Program-made: the position numbers and the translations under genes | Notes under the pieces: model-generated | What the model saw: the letters and a program-made list of their open reading frames with translations, nothing else | What the model was told of the DNA's origin: nothing | The model's database searches: none | Shown here: positions 37,268 through 46,749 of the stretch, one piece after another | Position numbering within the stretch: the stretch's first letter is position 1 | How the letters are laid out: the number at the start of each line of letters is the position of its first letter | Assembly: GCA_034432135.1 (NCBI GenBank) | Contig: DAOUCO010000069.1 | Location: forward strand, 1 to 56,023 | Length of the DNA: 56,023 bases | Direction of reading: 5' to 3' | From: Dehalococcoidales bacterium | GTDB taxonomy: Bacteria > Chloroflexota > Dehalococcoidia > Dehalococcoidales > RBG-16-60-22

Positions 37268-38509
37268 TTACCCTTCCATTGGAGTCATGGTGAGGAGTTT
37301 CTTGACGATCTTGGGATATTTAGCGATGAAGAGCAGCTCATCTTCAACCAGGGGTTTATGCCCCTGCACATTAGCATACCGTACCAGCTCCAGAATTTCA
37401 TTCGCTTCTTCGCGATTAGAAAATGTTACCGCCATTTTGCCCATAAGATGGGTGAAGCCAGAAATGCCGCTATACTGCCCGGCGATGATTTCTCTTCCTG
37501 TCTCAACCATGATTGGCTCGCCCCTGCCCAATTCTCCAAAACCGTAGAGTTCGTAATTTTCAGGGTCTTTCAGGACGCCATCGGCGTGAATGCCTGAGGA
37601 ATGAGCAAAGGCGTTCGCTCCGACGCCGGGCTGGTTGATGGGAATTGGGACGCCAAAAGCATATTCAGCGAACCTGGCAATTTTGAAGGATTTGGATAGT
37701 ATTATTCTATTTCCCAGATAGTATTTTTCTCCGAAACCCTTTGATTTCGTAACAGCGAGCACCGTGGCGATAAAATCAGCGTTACCGGCTCTTTCGCCAA
37801 TACCGTTAACGGTAGTATTAATATAGACGTCCTGTCCACCGTCAATAGCGCCTTTCGCCCCGGCGAGAGAATTGGCTACAGCCATACCAAGGTCGCCGTG
37901 GCAATGAATCTCGATAGGCAGGCCGACCTTCTCCGCAAGCGTTCTGGCCGCCTCATAAATGGTAAACGGATTATCATAACCCAAAGTATCGCAATATCTC
38001 AGCCTGTCCGCACCGTGTTCTTTAGCCGCTTGTCCGAACTTTATAAGATACTCAATGTCAGTCCTAGAAGCATCTTCTGCATTCACACCAACTGTCTCGG
38101 CGCCAAATGACTTGGCGGCATCAACAGCGTCAGTCATATCTTTGATGATATCTTCAGGCTTTTTCCTGCCCTGAAATTTACCTTCAATCATCTGACGAGA
38201 AGTGGAGATGGACAGGTTCAGGTGCTTAATACCCGGCACCAGTTTGAAGGTAATCTCTACATCCTGAACGATAGCCCGTATCCAGCCTCCCAGTCTTATT
38301 GGATTCAGTACTCCCATTTCGGCGAGCTCAAGGTTGGCATTCAGGTAGTGCGTCTCGTGGTGGGTGGTAGGGAAACCAAACTCGGACTGGAAAACGCCCA
38401 TCTCGTTGAGGTAGATATTAAGCACGGTCTTTTCAAGCTTGGATAGACCCAGCTTCGCGGTCTGCACCCCATCCCGGTTGGTAACATCAATAAAATAAAT
38501 CCTGGGCAT
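37268..38509 (-). CDS. HMGL-like aldolase of the 2-isopropylmalate/homocitrate/citramalate/Re-citrate synthase family
   Basis: DVTNRDGVQT (variant of TLRDGEQ), HCHGDLGMAVANS and TVNGIGERAGNA. The AAGGAGA RBS favours the ATG at 38509. Confidence 0.75.
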   Translation of the reverse strand: MPRIYFIDVTNRDGVQTAKLGLSKLEKTVLNIYLNEMGVFQSEFGFPTTHHETHYLNANLELAEMGVLNPIRLGGWIRAIVQDVEITFKLVPGIKHLNLSISTSRQMIEGKFQGRKKPEDIIKDMTDAVDAAKSFGAETVGVNAEDASRTDIEYLIKFGQAAKEHGADRLRYCDTLGYDNPFTIYEAARTLAEKVGLPIEIHCHGDLGMAVANSLAGAKGAIDGGQDVYINTTVNGIGERAGNADFIATVLAVTKSKGFGEKYYLGNRIILSKSFKIARFAEYAFGVPIPINQPGVGANAFAHSSGIHADGVLKDPENYELYGFGELGRGEPIMVETGREIIAGQYSGISGFTHLMGKMAVTFSNREEANEILELVRYANVQGHKPLVEDELLFIAKYPKIVKKLLTMTPMEG

Positions 38510-38586
38510 GATGGCTATCTCCTTGAAACGATTACTTTGTAATCCGAAGCGCAAATAGGTTGAGCGCTTGGTTCTTACCCTTTGAA

Positions 38587-39891
38587 TTAAGTACAGTCCC
38601 TGCAGGCGGAATAGATGTTATTAAATAGCCTCTCGAGTTTGTCCGTCGGCGTGGAGGCGAAGGCAATCCGCAGCAAATTCTTTCCGCTGTAACAAATCAC
38701 GCCGGTACTATACCTGTCCAATAACATCTCCCAGACCTTCTCTGCTTCCAGCCTATTCAATTTGAGACACATGAAATAACCGGAATTAAACGGCAGACTT
38801 TCAAAATACTCTTCATATTCCGGGTGAGATCCAAGGATTTCCTTGACCCTCAAATACCGCTCCCTTATCTTCTCTCTATTCCTCTCCTTTTCTTTCTGGT
38901 ACGCTGCCGACTTCAATGCACTCAAAAAGAGCGACTGCGACAGATGGGAGGCGTTGGAAATATTCCCCCTGACAGCCCCCGCTGTCTTTTCTTCTAGGGT
39001 TTTGTATAGCTCTTTACTGCCATTTTTGATGCCATAGGTGATAAATCCCACGCGCAAACCCCAGGCATACTCTTCTTTGGTAATGCCGTCCAGTTTTATA
39101 GCCAGCAGGTTCTCGTGCAGGTCAGACAGTTGCGAGAACAGCGATTCAGGGAAGACGTTTTCTTCAAAGACGAGCCCGAAATAAGAATCGTCCAGGATAA
39201 CAACCAGTTTGTTGCCAGCTTCGGCAGCCTCTTTCAGAGCATCTACAATTTCACCGGCTACCTCTCTGGAAGGCGTGTAGCCGGATGGGTTATTGGGGAA
39301 ATTTAAAAGCACGATTTTCTTCCCGGCGTGACCTGCGTTGACCGTTTGCCTGAAAGAATCAATATCAAATACCCTATCTTTAAATAGATTGAAGAATCTT
39401 AGTTCCGCGCCGTAGGCACTGGTAAATACCAGGTCATAGTTTTCCCAGTAAAGGTCAGCAACAATGATGTTATCGGCTTCCTCGACAAACAGGTAACCCA
39501 CTATACTCAGCCCATTGGTAACGCCGCAGGTAACCACCGGCAGACTGATTTCCTTCGTTCCAAGAGAAGGATTCTTTATCCTTATTAGTTCCTGCCACTT
39601 ATCTCGCAACGGCTTGATCCCCTCACTCGGCGCATAAGGGAAGACGTCTTTGCTATCAAGGCCGACGCGTTCAGCGAGGCTGGGCAGCACCATGGGTTTA
39701 CCATCATCTTCGTAAGCAGTGCCTATAGTAGCGTTTATTTCCTTATCTCTGGCGGCCATTCCCTGCGCCAGAATTCCCTTCCTGGGGAAATAAATGGCTT
39801 TCCCCTTCTGGGATAACAGCTCATACACGGTTTTGCCGTTGGCTTTTATAATGCGATTAAGCTCTTCTGCCTGTGTATTAAGTTCTGCCAA
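38587..39891 (-). CDS. Class I/II PLP-dependent aminotransferase
   Basis: NFPNNPSGYTP motif and overall aminotransferase layout, 434 aa. Confidence 0.8.
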   Translation of the reverse strand: MAELNTQAEELNRIIKANGKTVYELLSQKGKAIYFPRKGILAQGMAARDKEINATIGTAYEDDGKPMVLPSLAERVGLDSKDVFPYAPSEGIKPLRDKWQELIRIKNPSLGTKEISLPVVTCGVTNGLSIVGYLFVEEADNIIVADLYWENYDLVFTSAYGAELRFFNLFKDRVFDIDSFRQTVNAGHAGKKIVLLNFPNNPSGYTPSREVAGEIVDALKEAAEAGNKLVVILDDSYFGLVFEENVFPESLFSQLSDLHENLLAIKLDGITKEEYAWGLRVGFITYGIKNGSKELYKTLEEKTAGAVRGNISNASHLSQSLFLSALKSAAYQKEKERNREKIRERYLRVKEILGSHPEYEEYFESLPFNSGYFMCLKLNRLEAEKVWEMLLDRYSTGVICYSGKNLLRIAFASTPTDKLERLFNNIYSACRDCT

Positions 39892-40004
39892 AGGTAAATC
39901 CTCCTATTGGGCGAAGCAGCCCTTCTCAATGATACCGGCTCCAACATCGGGGGTAGCTCAACCTGTGTTACACTGATAGGATATCATGTAAGGCATCACT
40001 ACTG

Positions 40005-40631
40005 TCATTTATCTTTATCCGCTTCACCGTTGTAGGCCCGTTTGGGCGTTACCCCTTTAGCTATGGCAGCTGCCAGGACAGCCTTGGTGATGTCGCCAGC
40101 AATAAAGGGAATCACTCCCATTGTCAATAGGCCTGCAAATGTGGCCGGGCTCCCTTTCATAAAATTAAGCCAGAGCCCAAGCCAGATGATACCCGGTACG
40201 TAGATAAGAACGAAGTTGGCGAAGAGCATCAGGCCCAGCATGCTGAAAAAGCTCCTTGCCCGGATGAATCTGTCAGTGAAATAGCCCAGGAAAAGGGCAG
40301 CCAGAATAAACCCAAAGATGTAGCCTCCGGTGGCACCCAGGCCGCTGGCCCAGCCGGAAAACCAGGGGATCCCCGCAAAGCCAAGCATGGCGTAGATAGC
40401 CATGCTGACGCCGCCCCACCATTTCCCCAACAGCACTCCGGCAAGGAGCACGGCGAAGGTCTGCCCAGTCACCGGCACCGGGCTCCACGGTAGCGCAATC
40501 CTAGCCTGCGCCAGGAGACCGGTAAGGCAAGCCATGCCAATAGCCAGCGCCAGCTTTTTAGGTATGCTTAATTCGTACCTCCACCGGAAGATGTTGTACC
40601 TTGTCTGGTCGATTCTCGCAGCTATTTCCAT
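40005..40631 (-). CDS. bioY: Biotin transporter BioY
   Basis: About 5-6 TM segments with the PVPVTGQTFAVLLAG motif typical of BioY. The GAGGTGG RBS favours the ATG at 40631. Confidence 0.85.
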   Translation of the reverse strand: MEIAARIDQTRYNIFRWRYELSIPKKLALAIGMACLTGLLAQARIALPWSPVPVTGQTFAVLLAGVLLGKWWGGVSMAIYAMLGFAGIPWFSGWASGLGATGGYIFGFILAALFLGYFTDRFIRARSFFSMLGLMLFANFVLIYVPGIIWLGLWLNFMKGSPATFAGLLTMGVIPFIAGDITKAVLAAAIAKGVTPKRAYNGEADKDK

Positions 40632-40662
40632 GATTACCACCTCATTTACTTAAATTAATATG

Positions 40663-40953
40663 TCAGCTTTTTACATCGCATCCCAGCGCCAGCAAAAGGT
40701 CGCCCACGGCATGGTCACGCTCTAATTGGTGGCGCATGGGCAATTCGGGATGAATTGTATACAAGTTACACCTGCCTTCCTTGCGCCGGGCAATATAACC
40801 GGCTGCCTCCAGTTCAGCTATGATTTTCTGGACACCTCTCTGGGTAAGCCCCACCTCGCGGGATATTACTTCCATCGTACTTTTCGGGTGTTTGGCAACA
40901 TAAACAAACACCCGGCCGTGGTTAGAGAGGAAAGTCCACTGTCCCTTTTCCAA
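40663..40953 (-). CDS. Small winged-helix HTH regulator (paralogue of 2465-2797), immediately upstream of bioY
   Basis: 96 aa with STMEVISREVGLTQRGVQKIIAELEAAGYIARRKEGRCNLY. It shares the C-terminal AVGDLLLALG motif with the 2465 ORF (AIGDLLETLG). Confidence 0.7.
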   Translation of the reverse strand: MEKGQWTFLSNHGRVFVYVAKHPKSTMEVISREVGLTQRGVQKIIAELEAAGYIARRKEGRCNLYTIHPELPMRHQLERDHAVGDLLLALGCDVKS

Positions 40954-41163
40954 TCAGGTCCTCCCCGGCAACACGCTTTGACATGAAGATAGCACTTGGT
41001 ATATAATTATGAACAGTAATACGCATATTGTGGTTCGTATATATGATAGCATAAGCTCAACAGGAGCGTCAATTACAAATAAGTCCGAAGGCCACCACAC
41101 ATTAAACCCGAGCGAGCTCACATTAGTAACTATTTTTACATAGAAAGGAAGATTTGAATCCAA

Positions 41164-42891
41164 ATGGGTATTTTCATAACGGATACCACTTTGCGGGATG
41201 CACATCAATCGCTGATAGCCACCAGGATGCGTACCAAAGATATGCTCCCCATCGCTGCTGAGCTTGATAAGGCGGGTTTCTTCTCTCTTGAGGTTTGGGG
41301 GGGCGCCACCTTTGATACCTGCATCCGGTTTTTAAACGAAGACCCTTGGGAGCGGCTGCGGAGCCTGCGGGAAAAAGTCAGGAATACCCGCCTGCAGATG
41401 CTTCTCCGCGGCCAGAACCTTGTTGGCTACCGCCACTATGCTGACGATGTGTTACGGGAGTTCATCCGTCTTTCGGTTAAAAACGGTATAGATGTCTTCC
41501 GCATCTTCGACGCCCTGAATGACATCAGGAATATGGAACTGGCGATAAAGGTAGCCAAGGAATTCAAAGCTCATGTCCAGGGAACCATCTGCTATACCAC
41601 CTCGCCGGTGCACACCACGGAAAAATTCGCCGCTATGGCTGAGCAGCTCGAGCGTCTGGGATGTGATTCCATCTGCATCAAGGATATGGCCGGGCTGATA
41701 TCGCCAGCGGCGGCGAGTGAACTGGTGAAAGCCATCAAGGGCCGGATAAGAGTTCCTCTAAACCTGCACTCGCATTGCTCCAGCGGTATGGCTCCCCTGA
41801 GCTACTATGCCGCTGCCCTTGTCGGCGTTGACATTGTGGATACCGCCTTTTCCGCTTTTGGCTGGGGTACTTCCCAGCCGCCTACGGAAAGCATCGTAGC
41901 CGCCTTCAGAGACACCCCCTATGATACCGGCCTGGAACTCGAGTTACTTTATGAAATCGGTGAATACTTCGCCACCTTGAGCGGAAAATACCGGATGCTC
42001 TTTACCGCCGAGACCACCCGCCCCAGCGTCAATGTCCTGCTGCACCAGATACCCGGCGGTATGCTCTCCAACCTTGTAAGTCAACTTCGGGAGCAGAATG
42101 CCCTAGACAAATACAGCCAGGTCCTGGAAGAAGTGCCTAGAGTACGGGCTGACCTAGGTTATCCGCCGCTAGTAACCCCGACGAGCCAGATTGTAGGTAT
42201 CCAGGCAGTGCTGAACGTCATTTCTGGAGGGCGCTACAAGCAGGTTACCCAGGAGGTGAAAAATTATCTCCTGGGTCATTACGGGCGGCCGCCCGGTGAG
42301 GTGAACGAAGATTTGAGGAGACAGGTGATAGGGGAAGAACGCCCTGTCGATGTCCGCCCCGCTGACCTCATCAAGCCGGAACTGGACAGGCTGCGAGAAG
42401 AAGGGCATAAGCTGGGCATCATCCACCGGGAGGAGGACCTGATAACTTACGCCCTTTACCCCCAAGTAGCGGTGAAATTCCTGCGCGGCGAACTTAAAGA
42501 AGAAGCCATGCCTTCGCCTGTGGAAGCGGCCGCAAAAAGTCCGGCGGCAGTCGACTTACCCCTGGAGTTCAGCGTGGACGTTGACGGCGAGGTGTTCAAT
42601 GTCCGGGTATCCTCGGTACTAGGTAAGACCGTAGAAGTGGAAAAGTCAAAGAAACCGAAGGAATTACCCGCTGGCGCCGTTGTTTCCCCGATGCAGGGGA
42701 TGATACTCGCTGTCAAAGTAAAGGCAGGTGATAAGGTTAAAGCCGGCGATGCGCTCATGGTCATCGAGGCGATGAAGATGCAGAACCAAGTTACCGCCCC
42801 GCATAACGGAACTGTAAAAGAAATACTAACTTTCCAGGGAGAGGTGGTCAATGCCGGTGATGTGCTATTGATTGTTGAGCCGAAGGGATAG
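41164..42891 (+). CDS. pycB: Pyruvate carboxylase subunit B / oxaloacetate decarboxylase alpha-type carboxyltransferase with biotinyl domain
   Basis: ITDTTLRDAHQS carboxyltransferase N-terminus and a C-terminal biotinylation motif, EAMKMQ. Confidence 0.85.
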   Translation: MGIFITDTTLRDAHQSLIATRMRTKDMLPIAAELDKAGFFSLEVWGGATFDTCIRFLNEDPWERLRSLREKVRNTRLQMLLRGQNLVGYRHYADDVLREFIRLSVKNGIDVFRIFDALNDIRNMELAIKVAKEFKAHVQGTICYTTSPVHTTEKFAAMAEQLERLGCDSICIKDMAGLISPAAASELVKAIKGRIRVPLNLHSHCSSGMAPLSYYAAALVGVDIVDTAFSAFGWGTSQPPTESIVAAFRDTPYDTGLELELLYEIGEYFATLSGKYRMLFTAETTRPSVNVLLHQIPGGMLSNLVSQLREQNALDKYSQVLEEVPRVRADLGYPPLVTPTSQIVGIQAVLNVISGGRYKQVTQEVKNYLLGHYGRPPGEVNEDLRRQVIGEERPVDVRPADLIKPELDRLREEGHKLGIIHREEDLITYALYPQVAVKFLRGELKEEAMPSPVEAAAKSPAAVDLPLEFSVDVDGEVFNVRVSSVLGKTVEVEKSKKPKELPAGAVVSPMQGMILAVKVKAGDKVKAGDALMVIEAMKMQNQVTAPHNGTVKEILTFQGEVVNAGDVLLIVEPKG

Positions 42892-42919
42892 TACGATGTT
42901 GACGACGAGGAGTAAAGCG

Positions 42920-43099
42920 ATGAAGGAAAATGAAAAATCCTACAGGAATCCTACCTTGATTAGGTATCACCCCAGTTGCCGACTATGTAGCTATGCCGGT
43001 TTTTCCAATGTCTGTAATTTCTCTCGAACGGGCAAGTGTGCTTACAACATATCTTCAGAAGATACGGGCGCAAACGAAGAGGTAGAACGGGATGATTAA
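42920..43099 (+). CDS. Candidate 59-aa Cys-rich small protein between pycB and the biotin carboxylase
   Basis: GAGGAG RBS 7 nt upstream of the ATG. CxxC-x8-C-x7-C pattern ([22 protein letters not shown]). Its stop overlaps the start of the next gene (ATGATTAA). Confidence 0.35.
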   Translation: MKENEKSYRNPTLIRYHPSCRLCSYAGFSNVCNFSRTGKCAYNISSEDTGANEEVERDD

Positions 43100-44564
43100 A
43101 AAGATACTAGTGGCCAATCGCAGTGAAATAGCCATACGCATTATGCGGGCCTGCCGCGAGCTCGGGATAACCTCGGTGGCAGTCTATTCTGAAGCGGATA
43201 AAGACGCCCTGTTTGCTAAATACGCTGATGAAGCTTATTTCATCGGTGCGGCGCCGGCAACCGAGAGCTATCTGAATATTAAAAAAATTATTGAAGTAAC
43301 TAAAGAGTGCGGTGCCGAAGCCGTCCACCCCGGCTACGGCTTCCTGGCAGAAAACCCCAGCTTCGCCTACGCCTGTGAAAAGGAGGGTATCAAGTTTATC
43401 GGTCCCTCAAGCAAGGTGCTCGAACTGATGGGCAATAAGATAGAAGCCAGGAAGGAGATGAAAAAGGCCGGGGTCCCGGTGGTGCCCGGCACCGATGAGT
43501 GCGTAACCGACTTCGGCTTGGCCAAAGACATCGCCAGTAATATTGGCTATCCGGTAATCTGCAAACCGTCTGGCGGGGGCGGGGGCATTGGCATGAAGGT
43601 CGTTACTGACGAAGGGGAACTGCGCGAGGCGCTTGACTCCTCCCGGGCGATCGCCGCCTCAACATTCGGATTGCCCGATGTCTACATCGAAAAGTACATA
43701 TCCCATCCCCGACACATAGAGTTCCAGATACTGGCGGACGCGCATGGCAACGCCATCCACCTTGGCGAGCGAGAGTGTTCCATCCAGCGGCGTCACCAGA
43801 AGCTCATCGAGGAGTCTCCATCCCCGGCGCTTACCCCGCAGCTTCGCGCTGAGATGGGAGCCGCGGCCGTCAGGGCTGCCAGGTGGGTCAACTACGAAGG
43901 AGCTGGTACAATAGAGTTTCTTTATTCTGACAGGAAGTTCTACTTCCTGGAAGCAAATACCCGGGTCCAGGTGGAGCACCCGGTGACTGAGATGGTAACC
44001 GGGATTGATATTGTCAAGGAGCAGATAAGAATTGCTGCCGGACTGCCGCTCGGTATCAAGCAGGATGAGGTTCGCCCTCGCGGCTGGGCGATCGAATGCC
44101 GGATCAATGCCGAAGACCCTCTGAACAATTTTGCCCCTTGCCCCGGCAAGCTCCGGGGTTACCGCTCGCCCGGCGGTATCGGCATCCGGGTCGATAGCGG
44201 CGTTTATACACGATACACCATACCATCCATTTACGACCCTATGATATCAAAACTCATCGCCTGGGGCAGAGATAGAGATGAGGCCGTCGCCAGGATGCGG
44301 CGAGCACTCTATGAATACATTATCTCGGGGGTCAAGACCAACATCCCGTTCCATAAAGCGGTCATGGAAAATCCCCGCTTTGTAAAGGGAGAACTCAGCA
44401 CTCATTTTATCGAAAGCGAGACAACCCTCCTAGAAGATATGAAAAGGATTATCGAGAGGGAGAAACCCCTGGAAGAAAGGTTATCCCAGATATTCGACGA
44501 AAAGAAAAAGATAGCCGCTATTGCTGCTGTAACGGCTGTTACCCAGCTTTCCCAAAAATCGTGA
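43092..44564 (+). CDS. accC: Biotin carboxylase (PycA/AccC type), copy 1
   Basis: [20 protein letters not shown]-grasp GGGGIGM and [14 protein letters not shown]. 490 aa with a C-terminal extension. Confidence 0.85.
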   Translation: MIKKILVANRSEIAIRIMRACRELGITSVAVYSEADKDALFAKYADEAYFIGAAPATESYLNIKKIIEVTKECGAEAVHPGYGFLAENPSFAYACEKEGIKFIGPSSKVLELMGNKIEARKEMKKAGVPVVPGTDECVTDFGLAKDIASNIGYPVICKPSGGGGGIGMKVVTDEGELREALDSSRAIAASTFGLPDVYIEKYISHPRHIEFQILADAHGNAIHLGERECSIQRRHQKLIEESPSPALTPQLRAEMGAAAVRAARWVNYEGAGTIEFLYSDRKFYFLEANTRVQVEHPVTEMVTGIDIVKEQIRIAAGLPLGIKQDEVRPRGWAIECRINAEDPLNNFAPCPGKLRGYRSPGGIGIRVDSGVYTRYTIPSIYDPMISKLIAWGRDRDEAVARMRRALYEYIISGVKTNIPFHKAVMENPRFVKGELSTHFIESETTLLEDMKRIIEREKPLEERLSQIFDEKKKIAAIAAVTAVTQLSQKS

Positions 44565-44602
44565 ATATCCATTCCTGAAAAAGGCAGACTGGAAAGACGA
44601 AG

Positions 44603-45982
44603 ATGACAGATAGTCCCCCCTTTAAAAAGATATTGATCGCCAACCGTGGTGAGATTGCCGTGCGCATCATCCGGGCCTGCCGTGAGATGGGAATTGACTC
44701 CGTCGCTGTGTACAGTGATATAGACCGCGACGCGCTGCATGTCCGCTGCGCAGACGAAGCCTATCCCATCGGGAGCTCATCTCCCGGAGAAAGCTACCTG
44801 AACATTGAGAAAATCCTGGCCGTAGCCCAGCAGGCCAAAGCGGAAGCGATACACCCCGGCTACGGCTTCCTTTCCGAGAACCCGCGTTTCGCCGAGGCAT
44901 GCCTTGAACGAGGCTTTGTCTTCATCGGGCCTGGGGCAGAGGCGCTCCGTGCCGTGGGCAACAAGGTCTCGGCTCGTCAAACGGCGCAGGCTTGCGGTGT
45001 GCCGGTTGTCCCGGGTTCTATCGCCAGCCTGAACGGCCACGGTGAAGCAGCCGAGATTGCTAAAACAGTGGGCTACCCTGTCTTGTTGAAGGCAGCCGCC
45101 GGCGGCGGGGGTAAAGGGATGCGCATCGCACGTGACGAAAAGGAGCTCAGGCTGGCCATCGAACTGGCCGCCAAAGAAGCAAAGTCTGCCTTTGGCGACC
45201 CCACTCTCTACGTCGAAAAACAGGTAAACTCGGCACGCCACGTCGAAGTCCAGTTGCTTGCCGATAGCTTTGGCAATATCGTTCACCTCGGGGAGCGGGA
45301 CTGCACTATCCAGCGCCGTTTTCAGAAGGTCATCGAGGAATCGCCGTCACCGGCAGTGGATGATGAACTGCGAGGCCTTTTAACCGGTGCGGCGATTAAG
45401 GTAGCGCAGGCCGTCGGTTACCGCAACGCCGGCACCGTGGAATTTCTCGTCGATGGTAGGGATTTCTATTTCATCGAGGTAAACGCCAGGCTACAGGTAG
45501 AACACCCGGTGACGGAAATGGTTACGGGAATTGATATCGTCAAAGAGCAGATACACATTGCCGCCGGAAAGCCACTGAGTCTCCGGCAGAGTAACGTCAC
45601 CATGAGGGGCGCGGCTCTGCAGTGCCGTATCTATGCCGAGAATCCGGCTTATAACTTTATGCCCTCGCCGGGTAAAATACAGACGATACGGGAGCCCGCC
45701 ATTCCTCATATTCGTATAGACAGCGGTGTCATGGATGGCAGTCTTATCCCCATGGAGTATGACGGGCTGCTTGCCAAGCTGGTTGCCTGGGGCAGTACGC
45801 GCACCGAGGCGATTAACAGGATGAAGCAGGCTCTCGATGAATACGTGATTACGGGGGTCCATACCACCGTCCCTTTTAAGAGGTACGTCATGGATACCGA
45901 ACTGTTTCGCTCTGGTGAGTTTGATACGGGCTTTATCAGCCATATACTACAGGACTGGAAGGACTCCCGAAGTAAAGTTTGA
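44603..45982 (+). CDS. accC: Biotin carboxylase, copy 2
   Basis: ILIANRGEIAVRIIRAC, GGGGKGM and [14 protein letters not shown]. 459 aa. Confidence 0.85.
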   Translation: MTDSPPFKKILIANRGEIAVRIIRACREMGIDSVAVYSDIDRDALHVRCADEAYPIGSSSPGESYLNIEKILAVAQQAKAEAIHPGYGFLSENPRFAEACLERGFVFIGPGAEALRAVGNKVSARQTAQACGVPVVPGSIASLNGHGEAAEIAKTVGYPVLLKAAAGGGGKGMRIARDEKELRLAIELAAKEAKSAFGDPTLYVEKQVNSARHVEVQLLADSFGNIVHLGERDCTIQRRFQKVIEESPSPAVDDELRGLLTGAAIKVAQAVGYRNAGTVEFLVDGRDFYFIEVNARLQVEHPVTEMVTGIDIVKEQIHIAAGKPLSLRQSNVTMRGAALQCRIYAENPAYNFMPSPGKIQTIREPAIPHIRIDSGVMDGSLIPMEYDGLLAKLVAWGSTRTEAINRMKQALDEYVITGVHTTVPFKRYVMDTELFRSGEFDTGFISHILQDWKDSRSKV

Positions 45983-46078
45983 GGAAGGAATTAGTCCCGA
46001 AGGGAAAAACAAGTAATTATAAACCACCACCAGAGCCTGAGAAAAAGGCTAGGAATGGCTCTCGGGAGGTAGTGGAAT

Positions 46079-46339
46079 ATGATAAGAGTTGTAATAGAAG
46101 CGTGTTCAAAAGCTGACTTGCCTTTATCAAAAAGCTTTGGCGAGGCTTTGGATAGATTAGGTGTTCAAAGTATACTGAGAGTAGCTTCAACAAGCAAGGA
46201 TTCCACCCAGCGCAATGAAACTGTCAAGGAACATGAAGGTAATTATACTTATTCCAGCCTCATAAACATCCAGAAAAGAATCAAGCAATACCTAAGCATG
46301 GCAAATGAGACAGATAGTCAGGAAGCAGGTCGCCTATGA
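46079..46339 (+). CDS. Hypothetical small protein
   Basis: 86-aa ORF whose stop overlaps the next start (ATGA). No motif recognised. Confidence 0.35.
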   Translation: MIRVVIEACSKADLPLSKSFGEALDRLGVQSILRVASTSKDSTQRNETVKEHEGNYTYSSLINIQKRIKQYLSMANETDSQEAGRL

Positions 46340-46749
46340 CTGATAAAATATTTGCCACGGCCATCAACTGCATGGATGGCAGGGTTCAAACACCTGTAAT
46401 CGAATGGTTGAAAAGGCGATACGGAGCCGACTATGTAGATATGATCACCGAGCCCGGCCCAGAGCGATTGTTGGTAAATAGTAAAGACCGGACAGGCATT
46501 GAATCAATACGCAGGCGTCTTGAAATATCCGTAAACCGCCACAATTCAAACCTTGTTGCGGTTGTTGGACATCATGACTGTGCCGGAAATCCGGCAGGCA
46601 AAGAAACTCAACTGGAGCAGATACTCAATGCAATTAAAACTGTAGAGTCATGGAATTTTAAGGTTCGGGTTATCGGATTACGGGTTAATGAGAGCTGGGA
46701 AGTGCAAGAAGTATACTGCGGAAATAGGGAGGAGGAAGAGAAACCATGA
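46336..46749 (+). CDS. Mini beta-carbonic-anhydrase-like protein (putative)
   Basis: CMDGR (CxDxR) at residues 12-16 and VVGHHDCAG (HxxC) at 79-82, arranged as in the beta-CA zinc site. Only 137 aa. Confidence 0.5.
   Translation: MTDKIFATAINCMDGRVQTPVIEWLKRRYGADYVDMITEPGPERLLVNSKDRTGIESIRRRLEISVNRHNSNLVAVVGHHDCAGNPAGKETQLEQILNAIKTVESWNFKVRVIGLRVNESWEVQEVYCGNREEEEKP

Noticed and set aside
40229-40653. Several 71-83-aa ORFs overlapping bioY in other frames or on the other strand
   Set aside because: They overlap a gene with a clear BioY motif and TM pattern, and have no independent signals.
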